The notes under the pieces were generated by a model. It saw only the letters and a program-made list of their open reading frames with translations. It was not told the origin of the DNA and ran no database searches. The translations under genes and the position numbers were made by a program. 64,000 nt of DNA from Antedon mediterranea (Eukaryota; Animalia; Echinodermata). Where the stretch lies: NCBI RefSeq assembly GCF_964355755.1, contig NC_092674.1:17236001-17300000 (forward strand). Reading direction: 5' to 3'. Positions 35,878-49,500 of the stretch are shown piece after piece. Positions within the stretch are counted from its first letter, which is position 1. Each line of letters starts with the position of its first letter.

Positions 35878-37446
35878 AGGTAATGAACCAGCATAAGTAA
35901 TTATGTGGTGGTAGTAGGGGAACCAGCATGAGTCATATAATGAATGCTGTACTTAAGAGCATGAGTGATAAAACACCGCCGTATGTGGGGGTGGGTAATG
36001 AACCAGCATAAGAAATTATGTGGTGGTAGTAGGGGGACCAGCATGAGTCATATAATGAGTGCTATACTTGTGATAAAACACCGCCGTATGTGGGGGTAGT
36101 TAATGAACCAGCATAAGTAATTATGTGGTGGTAGTAGGGGAACCAGCATGAGTCATATAATGAATGCTGTACTTAAGAGCATGAGTGATAAAACACCGCC
36201 GTATGTGGGGGTGGGTAATGAACCAGCATAAGAAATTATGTGGTGGTAGTAGGGTTAATAAACTAGCATAAGTAATTATGTGGTGGTAGTAGGGGAACCA
36301 GTATGAGTCATATAATGAATGCTGTACTTAGGAGCATGAGTGATAAAACGCCGCCATTCTCTTGAATGTAATTACAAAGGTTAAATAGTTTCGATTAAGC
36401 ATGAATGGTGTCAACAATGTATTGCCTGGCAGCTTATACTAACCTTGATGAGAGGATTTTGTTTTGTTTATTCGTTTTAATTATGTATTTATTTATTTTT
36501 CTCCAAAATCCGGTTCCGGTTTGTCCACAGTGACTGCAGTAGGGAAAATAACAGATAATAATATTGTTGTTATTTAGTGGCATGAGTTAGCATAAGAGGC
36601 TCCGTGCATTAAAGCAGACCCTAGGGACGCCTTATATCTTTTTCGTCCATTTGTGGAGTTGGAATGGAGACCATCATTTGACCACAGAGAAATGAGGTTT
36701 GCCCAGAAGCCGGGATGGGTATGTTAGTGAAGGCCATGAGTTTTGCGGCAGAACTCGCGTAGGAAACCGTTGAAATCGTGAATGCGCTCGTTAAACAAAG
36801 GAGGGGGGAGGTGGCCAGTGTGAGATAATCGGAACGTCTGTGAGCAGAGGGTAGTCCGAATTGGTGTCCAGATGGGAAAAATATAGGTCAAAAGAATTTT
36901 GAAGAGAGAGTTTGCCGCCGACCAAGCATCCGAATCAACGAGGTCATTCGATCCGAGGTCGATGATCAAGATATCTGGCTTGAATGTTGCCAATCGATTT
37001 ACAAAATTAGTTAGGTCGTTAATCTTTAGGCCGGGTACCCCCCCCCCCCCCAAAGAACAGTATTATCGTAGTGATGGCTGATTCGGAAGTCAGACAAAGG
37101 TCGGTGTGGACCAAGTATGGAGCCGGAAGAATTACCCAAGCCGTGATGGAAAGCGAGGCTGTCGCTCAAACCGGAAACGAATGAGTGGCCTAGGACACAA
37201 CCAGACAACATAATTACAATAAAGTACGAAAATTCGAAAAATGGGGGTAAGATAAGGTGTGAGATAAATTCCAGTCAAAGTATGTTGTGTGTTGACACAA
37301 ATCCTATCAGTGTAGGAGGATAAAAGGGACTGGTAAAATGTAAAAAGCCAAAATCGGGCGTGGTAATCTGTTGACAGCGTGAGGTGAAGAGGATGAGATG
37401 CTCACGCTGTCAAAAGATGATTGCGAGGGCGCCCCGCAATCACGTG
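35878..37446 (-). mobile_element. SGNH-hydrolase-only insertion, copy 1, with a 57-bp target duplication
   Basis: Flanked by identical 57-mers at 35821-35877 and 37447-37503. It has twin hairpins at 37371-37442 and a minisatellite at 35878-36356. The empty site is at ~34068-34124. Confidence 0.85.
36575..37211 (-). pseudogene. SGNH hydrolase, disrupted copy 1
   Basis: Paralog of 60548-61174. A poly-C expansion (14 vs 6) causes a frameshift, and there is a premature TAA at 36724. Confidence 0.88.
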
Positions 37447-37763
37447 ATATGTTCATAAATGGATATATTATAGCCCAATTATTGAATTTTAAATGGTAGA
37501 CATTTTGGTTATTTTTCGAAAAAAATACTGTCGTCCCCCAACCGGAAATTTTCGGAATATGGCCAAATTTCGACCCTTTTATTTTTTGACATAACTAGTT
37601 ACTATGTCTCTATAAGATGATGTTAGCACAATATATGTACATAAATGGCAATATTATAGCACAATTTTCGAATTTTAGAAATTGGAAATTTTGTCAATTT
37701 TTCGAAAAAATTCCTATGGTCTCCTGCAGGAAAATTTTCGAAAAATGGCCAAATTTCAACCCA

Positions 37764-40700
37764 TTGTGTCGAAATGCAATAGACCTAGGCTAATAAATAG
37801 TTAGTAGTAATAATAGATGTATATATTTTAATATCATTTATTTTTCTATTTGGTTTAGACAGCTGAAGAAAAATGTCTGGTTAATATTATATGCCTCCAC
37901 TACTGTCCTAGTTACATGGAATGCTGCTGGTCAGGTAAGGTAAGATAAAAATAAAACAATTTACATACAACCTGTTGAATTAATTTTAATTTGGCATAAT
38001 TTAATGTAAATAGGCCTAGGCTAGGAATAGTTTCAATATTTTTTAGATAATATAGTTTAATTTCATTTATTTTTCTATTGGTTTAGACTGCTGAACAGAT
38101 ATCTGGTCAATTATATGCCTCCTCCACTACCGTCCTCTTAGGCTATAACATGGAATGATGCTGTTGGTCATGTAAGGTAATAAGATAAAGACAAATATTT
38201 AAAATGTATTAATAAATTGTCTAAAAAAATTGCATCCTGCAAACTACACAAGGTGGGTGTGGGATTGAAACAAAAAATCCTGGATCCACCCACTGCATAG
38301 TTATCTAGGAAGGCCTGATTTCTGGATATTTTCATATTAAGTTAAGCGGTATTATTGAAAAATAAATGGAGTGGAGTATTGTGACAAATTATCTAGCTTG
38401 TAAGCCTACAGTTTTTGTTGGCCAGGGCTAAAGATTGTCTATCGTCTACCGCTATTATCTGTACTGTGTTAAAGTTTGGATGTAATATAATTTAACATTA
38501 TATATTTTTTTTAGATACAATTGCTAACAAACCTGGATGGAGCGCAATAATCATGCAGAGAGAAACAGGACTACCAAAAACAATTGTATAGCAAGTTATA
38601 CTTGTGTAGTAATAAATGAAAATAAGAATATCCATATAAAAACAACAAATGAAACTTTTTAAATTACTGTATTGTTTTATTCAAAAACAGTAAATAAATA
38701 AATTAAAATACCATATTATTACTGTAGTTTTGTCAGCATGTACATTCATGTTCAGATCACAGAATTCTGTTCAATTTTTATTTAGATAAATAATTTGTGA
38801 CTGAAATACATATATATACAATTGTCATAAAAATAAATAGTTTTGTTTATACTTAAAAATGGTCATCATGTCTTCAATTATTTATGTCCAATTCTCAATT
38901 CTGCAGTCGAGCCAGTTTATACTCTGTGATAATTTTGCAATCACAGCTCCAACAATGAAAATAGTAGTATAATAACAGTATTTAAACAATGTTGATGCCT
39001 TGCTAACTTTGAAAATCTGTGTAGATAAAAAAAAGAGGAAATTTACAATAAATATTGGAAATTAGTAACTGCATGTATTAATGTGTTTTTTTTTATATTT
39101 TCCTGTGAAATTACTTTTTAATCAATATTTCTTTTGAACATGTTTTTCTTATTTCTCTGTTTTTTGTTTGCTTTGCTATATTTATTTGTTTTTTTTATGT
39201 ATTTATATGAGGGCCCCTTGAATTATGGTCATCATGCATACTGTATGCTAGGTTCACCATTTAACAAAAAACAAATAAAACTTTGAAATAATTATATATA
39301 AAATGTAGTGCACTATTTAAATGTGATATCTCATTGTAAATCTTATTGAACACAGATCTTCAATTAAATAATGCATGTTATTGTTATGCCTACTACCAGG
39401 AGAGACTACCCTGGCCAGTAGCTAGTAGAATTAGGCAGGCTATTGCTCTACTCTAGTCTAGTAGTAGGAACTAGATAGGCAAGGTTGCAGTTAGCTAGGT
39501 TAGGCCTATTCTTTTTTTATTTAATCATCATATTATTATTATGAATCAACCTACTGTAACAGATCAATTAATAATAACAAATGATGAACACATTTTTTAA
39601 ACAAAATATAAAAAAGGACAAAATTAGTAGTACTACTAGCTAGGCCTAGGCTAGAACTAGTAGCAGTAGTAGGAGTCTGCCTATAATCCTATATATATAA
39701 TAATAAATATAGGCCTTGTAGTTAGCTAGTTATAGTAGGCTAGTCTAGATCTAAAGAGTAGACAGTAGTTACTACCGGAACTAGGCTAGGTAATAGGCCA
39801 TAGTTTTAGTGAAACTAGTGTAGGCCTAGGAGTGGGTGGGAATACTAGGCCTAGATAGTAGTTGCGCCTAGGCTAGTCTAGGTAGGCCTAGAGAGAGAGG
39901 TAGGCTAGGCCTAGGCTAGGTAAACAAAGGTAGGCCTATGGCTAGCTAGGCCTGAAGTTCGCCTTAAAATTCAATTTCTTTAAATGAAATTCAAATAAAA
40001 TTACACAAGAGTCTTCTTTAAATATTCAAGACTTACTTTGTTTTCCAATAATTTCATTTATGCTTCTGGTTTAATGGCAAAATTAGTTGTTTTATGTTAC
40101 TATTTATTCATCAGGCATCTGTCACACGTGTTACACGTACTGTGTGTGCAGAACCTATAATCTGACCTCTAGTTGAACTTGTGCAGGGTAAATTATACCC
40201 TGGACGCGTAGTACGCGATTGCAATGCTAGCGTGTTTGGAACAAGTTTAGAAGGAAACATCATGGACCACCTAGCTGCTGTAATTTTCCATGGCTTAATC
40301 CAGGACTATTTAGTCCAGGTTTCATGAATACCATATCAAGGATAGTCCAGGATTATCCTTAGTCCTGGACTAGATAGTCTAGGACTAACGCCCGTATTCT
40401 TAAACCGGACTTTAGTCGTAGTTCGAGCTAAAACTAAAAAAATGACGTCATTTTAATTCATAAACCAAACTTCAACTAAATCACCGACTAAATCAGGCCA
40501 ACCTCGACTAAATCGAGACGGATTTTGATCGATTTTTTTTAGTCCTGGAGGGGGCAGACTAAATGGTCGACTAAATGGTTTTTAAACGATGTTTATAAAA
40601 AACGTAACAGTCATTGAGTTGTTATATTGGCCAGATATTGACGAATGAAATATCTATATTTATATTAGCTTAATTAAATATACATTGGTATAAGTTATAA

Positions 40701-41365
40701 TAATGAAAATCATCTTTATTTACAACTGTATACAAATTACATTATTTTCTTCGCGCAAGTCCGACTTGAACTACGTGACGCCATAGCGACAATGGGAGAT
40801 GCGGCAATTCACCACGCGATGGAATGTTTAGGGGGCCTAGCGCTTTCTTGGCACGCTATGAAGTGCGTGGTTCGTCGCGATCATACTTTGTTGGGGGTCT
40901 AGAAAATATAAAAGTTACCGTACCGCCATGGTTCCTAAATATATTTTGTAGATTTTGTTTGTTGTTAACCAAAAGTACTTCACTGTTAAATTAATACTGA
41001 TCTTGTTCTAATAATTAACGATTAAAATTATTCTTCTTGTGTATAGTCCTGATGCGTAAAAAGTTTTGTAAGAAAAAGGAAAGTGATATCAATGCGCAAA
41101 ATTTCGTCTGCTCCACAAATACTCTCTTGTCATTGGCCAATGTATAGCCTTTAGTACCCAGACGTGTTAAACTCGACTAAAAGCTCGACTTCATTAAGTC
41201 GAACTGCAAACTTTGACTACTTCGTTTTTGAATCGAATTTGAAGTAATAGCTCGAACTACGACTTTTACAAGTCGAACTTCGAACTACGACTAAAGTCCG
41301 GTTTAAGAATACGGGCGTAAGGATAGTCCAGGACTAAAGATAGTCCTCTTTCATGAATACCGGCC
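37764..41365. mobile_element. Harbinger-like non-autonomous element, copy A (left ~970 bp deleted)
   Basis: Matches ~45898-49500 and retains the right TIR ctttcatgaataccggcc. Confidence 0.85.
40389..41317. mobile_element. 929-bp MITE with a TAA TSD, nested in the Harbinger-like element
   Basis: TIR cgcccgtattcttaaaccggactttagtcgtagttcga at both ends, with taa on both flanks. Confidence 0.92.
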
Positions 41366-42879
41366 TATAAGATTTTGTTAGCACAATATATTTGCATAAA
41401 TGGCAATATTATAGCATAATTTTTTAATTTTAGAAAGTATAAATTTTGGCCATTTTCGAAAAAAAAAATTCCTATGGACCCCCGCAGGAAAATTTTCGGA
41501 AAATGGCCAAATTTCGACCCTTTTATTTTTTGACATAACTAGTTACTATGTCTCTATAAGATGATGTTAGCACAATATATGTACATAAATGGCAATATTA
41601 TAGCATAATTTTCGAATTTTAGAAATTGTAAATTTTGTCAATTTTTCGAAAAAATTCCTATGGTCTCCTGCAGGAAAATTTTCGAAAAATGGCCAAATTT
41701 CAACCCTTTTATTTTTTGACATAATTCGTTACTATGGCTCTATAAGATGATGTTAGCAAAATATATCTGTATAAATGGCAATATTATAGCATATTTATTT
41801 AATTTTAAAGAGTGGAAAATGTTGCCATTTTTCGACCCTTTTATTTTTTTGACATAACTAGCTGCTATGTCTCTATAAGATGATGTTAACACAATATGTG
41901 CATAAATGGCAATATTATAACATAATTCTTGATTTTGAAAAAGTGGAAAATTTTGCCATTATTCGAAAAATTTATATAGTCCCCCGCAGGAAAATTTTCG
42001 AAAAATGGCCAAATTTCCACTCTTTTATTTTTTGACATACAGTAATTCGGTACTATGACGTTATAAGATGATGTTAGCAAAATATATCTGTATAAATGGC
42101 AATATTATAGCATAATTATTGAATTTTACAAAGTGGAAAATGTTGCCATTTTTCGACCCTTTTATTTTTTAAACATAACTAGTTGCTATGTCTCTATAAA
42201 ATGATGTTAGCACAATATATTTGCATAAATGGCAATTTTATAGCATAATTTTCGAATTTTAAAAAGTGGAAATTTTTCCCATTTTTCAAAAAAATTCCTA
42301 TGGTCCCTCGCAGGAAAATTTTCAAAAATGGCCAAATTTCGACCCTTTTATTTTTTGACATAAGTATTTATTTTATTTTTATTTTTATTTTTATTTATTT
42401 CCTTTATTGCATCAAGTAAACAGTGATGAAGTTGACATAAATATAATAGTAAATATGTAAACACATAGTATAACACAGTCCAAACAAGTAATACTAAAAT
42501 ATATCATAGTCCACAAATCAGTCTTTCAATGGCCATCATAGTACATCCAGTAACACAAACCAATAAGGGTTCACAATTTGCTTATCATAACTCAGTTACT
42601 GATCATTCACCAATCATAAGATCATGTTAGCACAATATTCTTGTATAAATGGCAATATTATAGCATATTTTTCAAATTTTAAAAAGTGGAAATTTTGGTT
42701 ATTTCTCGAAAAAATTCCTGTGGTCCCCCGCAGGGAAATTGTCGGAAAATTGCCAAATTTCGACACTTTTATTTTTTGACATAACTAGTTACTATGGCTC
42801 TATAAAATGATGTTAACACAATATATGTTCATAAATGGATATATTATAGCCCAATTATTGAATTTTAAATGGTAGACAT

Positions 42880-44447
42880 AGGTAATGAACCAGCATAAGT
42901 AATTATGTGGTGGTAGTAGGGGAACCAGCATGAGTCATATAATGAATGCTGTACTTAAGAGCATGAGTGATAAAACACCGCCGTATGTGGGGGTGGGTAA
43001 TGAACCAGCATAAGAAATTATGTGGTGGTAGTAGGGGGACCAGCATGAGTCATATAATGAGTGCTATACTTGTGATAAAACACCGCCGTATGTGGGGGTA
43101 GTTAATGAACCAGCATAAGTAATTATGTGGTGGTAGTAGGGGAACCAGCATGAGTCATATAATGAATGCTGTACTTAAGAGCATGAGTGATAAAACACCG
43201 CCGTATGTGGGGGTGGGTAATGAACCAGCATAAGAAATTATGTGGTGGTAGTAGGGTTAATAAACTAGCATAAGTAATTATGTGGTGGTAGTAGGGGAAC
43301 CAGTATGAGTCATATAATGAATGCTGTACTTAGGAGCATGAGTGATAAAACGCCGCCATTCTCTTGAATGTAATTACAAAGGTTAAATAGTTTCGATTAA
43401 GCATGAATGGTGTCAACAATGTATTGCCTGGCAGCTTATACTAACCTTGATGAGAGGATTTTGTTTTGTTTATTCGTTTTAATTATGTATTTATTTATTT
43501 TTCTCCAAAATCCGGTTCCGGTTTGTCCACAGTGACTGCAGTAGGGAAAATAACAGATAATAATATTGTTGTTATTTAGTGGCATGAGTTAGCATAAGAG
43601 GCTCCGTGCATTAAAGCAGACCCTAGGGACGCCTTATATCTTTTTCGTCCATTTGTGGAGTTGGAATGGAGACCATCATTTGACCACAGAGAAATGAGGT
43701 TTGCCCAGAAGCCGGGATGGGTATGTTAGTGAAGGCCATGAGTTTTGCGGCAGAACTCGCGTAGGAAACCGTTGAAATCGTGAATGCGCTCGTTAAACAA
43801 AGGAGGGGGGAGGTGGCCAGTGTGAGATAATCGGAACGTCTGTGAGCAGAGGGTAGTCCGAATTGGTGTCCAGATGGGAAAAATATAGGTCAAAAGAATT
43901 TTGAAGAGAGAGTTTGCCGCCGACCAAGCATCCGAATCAACGAGGTCATTCGATCCGAGGTCGATGATCAAGATATCTGGCTTGAATGTTGCCAATCGAT
44001 TTACAAAATTAGTTAGGTCGTTAATCTTTAGGCCGGGTACCCCCCCCCCCCCAAAGAACAGTATTATCGTAGTGATGGCTGATTCGGAAGTCAGACAAAG
44101 GTCGGTGTGGACCAAGTATGGAGCCGGAAGAATTACCCAAGCCGTGATGGAAAGCGAGGCTGTCGCTCAAACCGGAAACGAATGAGTGGCCTAGGACACA
44201 ACCAGACAACATAATTACAATAAAGTACGAAAATTCGAAAAATGGGGGTAAGATAAGGTGTGAGATAAATTCCAGTCAAAGTATGTTGTGTGTTGACACA
44301 AATCCTATCAGTGTAGGAGGATAAAAGGGACTGGTAAAATGTAAAAAGCCAAAATCGGGCGTGGTAATCTGTTGACAGCGTGAGGTGAAGAGGATGAGAT
44401 GCTCACGCTGTCAAAAGATGATTGCGAGGGCGCCCCGCAATCACGTG
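42880..44447 (-). mobile_element. SGNH-hydrolase-only insertion, copy 2
   Basis: Near-identical to copy 1, with the same 57-bp flanking duplication. Confidence 0.85.
43577..44212 (-). pseudogene. SGNH hydrolase, disrupted copy 2
   Basis: C13 frameshift and premature TAA at 43726. Confidence 0.88.
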
Positions 44448-44930
44448 ATATGTTCATAAATGGATATATTATAGCCCAATTATTGAATTTTAAATGGTAG
44501 ACATTTTGGTTATTTTTCGAAAAAAATACTGTCGTCCCCCAACCGGAAATTTTCGGAATATGGCCAAATTTCGACCCTTTTATTTTTTGACATAACTAGT
44601 TACTATGTCTCTATAAGATGATGTTAGCACAATATATGTACATAAATGGCAATATTATAGCACAATTTTCGAATTTTAGAAATTGGAAATTTTGTCAATT
44701 TTTCGAAAAAATTCCTATGGTCTCCTGCAGGAAAATTTTCGAAAAATGGCCAAATTTCAACCCTTTTATTTTTTGACATAATTCGTTACTATGGCTCTAT
44801 AAGATGATGTTAGCAAAATATATCTGTATAAATGGCAATATTATAGCATATTTATTTAATTTTAAAGAGTGGAAAATGTTGCCATTTTTCGACCCTTTTT
44901 TTTTGACATAACTAGTTACTATGTCTCTAT

Positions 44931-47900
44931 GGGCCGTATTCATGAAAGGGGACTAACTTTAGTCCTGGATTATCTCTGGATTTAGTCCTGGACTATTTTG
45001 AAATGGTATTCATGAAAGGGGACTAACTTTAGTCCTGGACTAAACCTGGACTAAACCTGGACTAAAACCGGCAAAAGATAGTCCATCCAAGGGGTAGGTT
45101 TAAGAAAGTTAGTCCTGGACTATCTCGAATAGCTCGAAAAAAATGGTGGCCTGAGGTAAGGTAGGTTACAAGTGTGACAACTTTAAAACGGTATTTAAGA
45201 AGCAAAATAATAATAATCATTTTTATTTGTATCAAATTAGTAATTACAACATATATTTAATATAATAAAGTACTTTAGAAAGTAAAAAAATTATATTTAG
45301 TAAGTTAATTTAGTGTGTTTAATCTAGGCCTAAAAGCTAGGCCCACAGCTTTAATTCTGACAGCGCTTGCCTAGGGCGATATTGCCTAGCAACCACCCTA
45401 TACTGCTAGTGTTAAAATGATTTGTTCTTCATTAAGCGCACATTTAACTTATTTAAAGATGTAAATCACATTATAGCCTATATAATCTTAATTTGTAATA
45501 GATTTTACATTATTAACATTTTTGTTTAAAATGATGTTAGAGGGATATAGCCTAGCTAGCTAGACCGCAGTCTAAAAGCCTATTTAAGCTATGCCTACAC
45601 TTAACTAGGCTTCTCTAGACTATGCCATTGGCTGAGTCGGTGGGCATTGCAAGGCCCTACTTCAGGTAGTCAGTAAACAGTAGTCTTATTCTATTGTAGG
45701 CATACATTGTATTACTTAGTTAGCCTTGTCTAGGCCTAGACTGGAATGAATGCAGTGTTAGGTATTTTCAAAATATTGGATCAATTTTCATAGATAGGGC
45801 ATCCTGTTGAATTAATTTTAATTTGGCATAGTTTAGTTTAGTTTAGTTATAATGGGAAAGTTTAGGCGATGCCTTTTTAACCCCACATATCAACTACATT
45901 GTGTCGAAATGCAATAGACCTAGGCTAATAAATAGTTAGTAGTAATAATAGATGTATATATTTTAATATCATTTATTTTTCTATTTGGTTTAGACAGCTG
46001 AAGAAAAATGTCTAGTTAATATTATATGCCTCCACTACTGTCCTAGTTACATGGAATGCTGCTGGTCAGGTAAGGTAAGATAAAAATAAAACAATTTACA
46101 TACAACCTGTTGAATTAATTTTAATTTGGCATAATTTAATGTAAATAGGCCTAGGCTAGGAATAGTTTCAATATTTTTTAGATAATATAGTTTAATTTCA
46201 TTTATTTTTCTATTGGTTTAGACTGCTGAACAGATATCTGGTCAATTATATGCCTCCTCCACTACCGTCCTCTTAGGCTATAACATGGAATGATGCTGTT
46301 GGTCATGTAAGGTAATAAGATAAAGACAAATATTTAAAATGTATTAATAAATTGTCTAAAAAAATTGCATCCTGCAAACTACACAAGGTGGGTGTGGGAT
46401 TGAAACAAAAAATCCTGGATCCACCCACTGCATAGTTATCTAGGAAGGCCTGATTTCTGGATATTTTCATATTAAGTTAAGCGGTATTATTGAAAAATAA
46501 ATGGAGTGGAGTATTGTGACAAATTATCTAGCTTGTAAGCCTACAGTTTTTGTTGGCCAGGGCTAAAGATTGTCTATCGTCTACCGCTATTATCTGTACT
46601 GTGTTAAAGTTTGGATGTAATATAATTTAACATTATATATTTTTTTTAGATACAATTGCTAACAAACCTGGATGGAGCGCAATAATCATGCAGAGAGAAA
46701 CAGGACTACCAAAAACAATTGTATAGCAAGTTATACTTGTGTAGTAATAAATGAAAATAAGAATATCCATATAAAAACAACAAATGAAACTTTTTAAATT
46801 ACTGTATTGTTTTATTCAAAAACAGTAAATAAATAAATTAAAATACCATATTATTACTGTAGTTTTGTCAGCATGTACATTCATGTTCAGATCACAGAAT
46901 TCTGTTCAATTTTTATTTAGATAAATAATTTGTGACTGAAATACATATATATACAATTGTCATAAAAATAAATAGTTTTGTTTATACTTAAAAATGGTCA
47001 TCATGTCTTCAATTATTTATGTCCAATTCTCAATTCTGCAGTCGAGCCAGTTTATACTCTGTGATAATTTTGCAATCACAGCTCCAACAATGAAAATAGT
47101 AGTATAATAACAGTATTTAAACAATGTTGATGCCTTGCTAACTTTGAAAATCTGTGTAGATAAAAAAAAGAGGAAATTTACAATAAATATTGGAAATTAG
47201 TAACTGCATGTATTAATGTGTTTTTTTTTATATTTTCCTGTGAAATTACTTTTTAATCAATATTTCTTTTGAACATGTTTTTCTTATTTCTCTGTTTTTT
47301 GTTTGCTTTGCTATATTTATTTGTTTTTTTTATGTATTTATATGAGGGCCCCTTGAATTATGGTCATCATGCATACTGTATGCTAGGTTCACCATTTAAC
47401 AAAAAACAAATAAAACTTTGAAATAATTATATATAAAATGTAGTGCACTATTTAAATGTGATATCTCATTGTAAATCTTATTGAACACAGATCTTCAATT
47501 AAATAATGCATGTTATTGTTATGCCTACTACCAGGAGAGACTACCCTGGCCAGTAGCTAGTAGAATTAGGCAGGCTATTGCTCTACTCTAGTCTAGTAGT
47601 AGGAACTAGATAGGCAAGGTTGCAGTTAGCTAGGTTAGGCCTATTCTTTTTTTATTTAATCATCATATTATTATTATGAATCAACCTACTGTAACAGATC
47701 AATTAATAATAACAAATGATGAACACATTTTTTAAACAAAATATAAAAAAGGACAAAATTAGTAGTACTACTAGCTAGGCCTAGGCTAGAACTAGTAGCA
47801 GTAGTAGGAGTCTGCCTATAATCCTATATATATAATAATAAATATAGGCCTTGTAGTTAGCTAGTTATAGTAGGCTAGTCTAGATCTAAAGAGTAGACAG

Positions 47901-49500
47901 TAGTTACTACCGGAACTAGGCTAGGTAATAGGCCATAGTTTTAGTGAAACTAGTGTAGGCCTAGGAGTGGGTGGGAATACTAGGCCTAGATAGTAGTTGC
48001 GCCTAGGCTAGTCTAGGTAGGCCTAGAGAGAGAGGTAGGCTAGGCCTAGGCTAGGTAAACAAAGGTAGGCCTATGGCTAGCTAGGCCTGAAGTTCGCCTT
48101 AAAATTCAATTTCTTTAAATGAAATTCAAATAAAATTACACAAGAGTCTTCTTTAAATATTCAAGACTTACTTTGTTTTCCAATAATTTCATTTATGCTT
48201 CTGGTTTAATGGCAAAATTAGTTGTTTTATGTTACTATTTATTCATCAGGCATCTGTCACACGTGTTACACGTACTGTGTGTGCAGAACCTATAATCTGA
48301 CCTCTAGTTGAACTTGTGCAGGGTAAATTATACCCTGGACGCGTAGTACGCGATTGCAATGCTAGCGTGTTTGGAACAAGTTTAGAAGGAAACATCATGG
48401 ACCACCTAGCTGCTGTAATTTTCCATGGCTTAATCCAGGACTATTTAGTCCAGGTTTCATGAATACCATATCAAGGATAGTCCAGGATTATCCTTAGTCC
48501 TGGACTAGATAGTCTAGGACTAACGCCCGTATTCTTAAACCGGACTTTAGTCGTAGTTCGAGCTAAAACTAAAAAAATGACGTCATTTTAATTCATAAAC
48601 CAAACTTCAACTAAATCACCGACTAAATCAGGCCAACCTCGACTAAATCGAGACGGATTTTGATCGATTTTTTTTAGTCCTGGAGGGGGCAGACTAAATG
48701 GTCGACTAAATGGTTTTTAAACGATGTTTATAAAAAACGTAACAGTCATTGAGTTGTTATATTGGCCAGATATTGACGAATGAAATATCTATATTTATAT
48801 TAGCTTAATTAAATATACATTGGTATAAGTTATAATAATGAAAATCATCTTTATTTACAACTGTATACAAATTACATTATTTTCTTCGCGCAAGTCCGAC
48901 TTGAACTACGTGACGCCATAGCGACAATGGGAGATGCGGCAATTCACCACGCGATGGAATGTTTAGGGGGCCTAGCGCTTTCTTGGCACGCTATGAAGTG
49001 CGTGGTTCGTCGCGATCATACTTTGTTGGGGGTCTAGAAAATATAAAAGTTACCGTACCGCCATGGTTCCTAAATATATTTTGTAGATTTTGTTTGTTGT
49101 TAACCAAAAGTACTTCACTGTTAAATTAATACTGATCTTGTTCTAATAATTAACGATTAAAATTATTCTTCTTGTGTATAGTCCTGATGCGTAAAAAGTT
49201 TTGTAAGAAAAAGGAAAGTGATATCAATGCGCAAAATTTCGTCTGCTCCACAAATACTCTCTTGTCATTGGCCAATGTATAGCCTTTAGTACCCAGACGT
49301 GTTAAACTCGACTAAAAGCTCGACTTCATTAAGTCGAACTGCAAACTTTGACTACTTCGTTTTTGAATCGAATTTGAAGTAATAGCTCGAACTACGACTT
49401 TTACAAGTCGAACTTCGAACTACGACTAAAGTCCGGTTTAAGAATACGGGCGTAAGGATAGTCCAGGACTAAAGATAGTCCTCTTTCATGAATACCGGCC
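44931..49500. mobile_element. PIF/Harbinger-like non-autonomous DNA transposon, copy B (complete), TAT TSD
   Basis: TIRs gggccgtattcatgaaaggggacta / tagtcctctttcatgaataccggcc and subterminal tagtcctggacta repeats. Flanks are ctctat|...|tataag, and the empty site is at ~34366. Confidence 0.87.
48524..49452. mobile_element. 929-bp MITE with a TAA TSD (nested)
   Basis: As 40389-41317. Confidence 0.92.
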
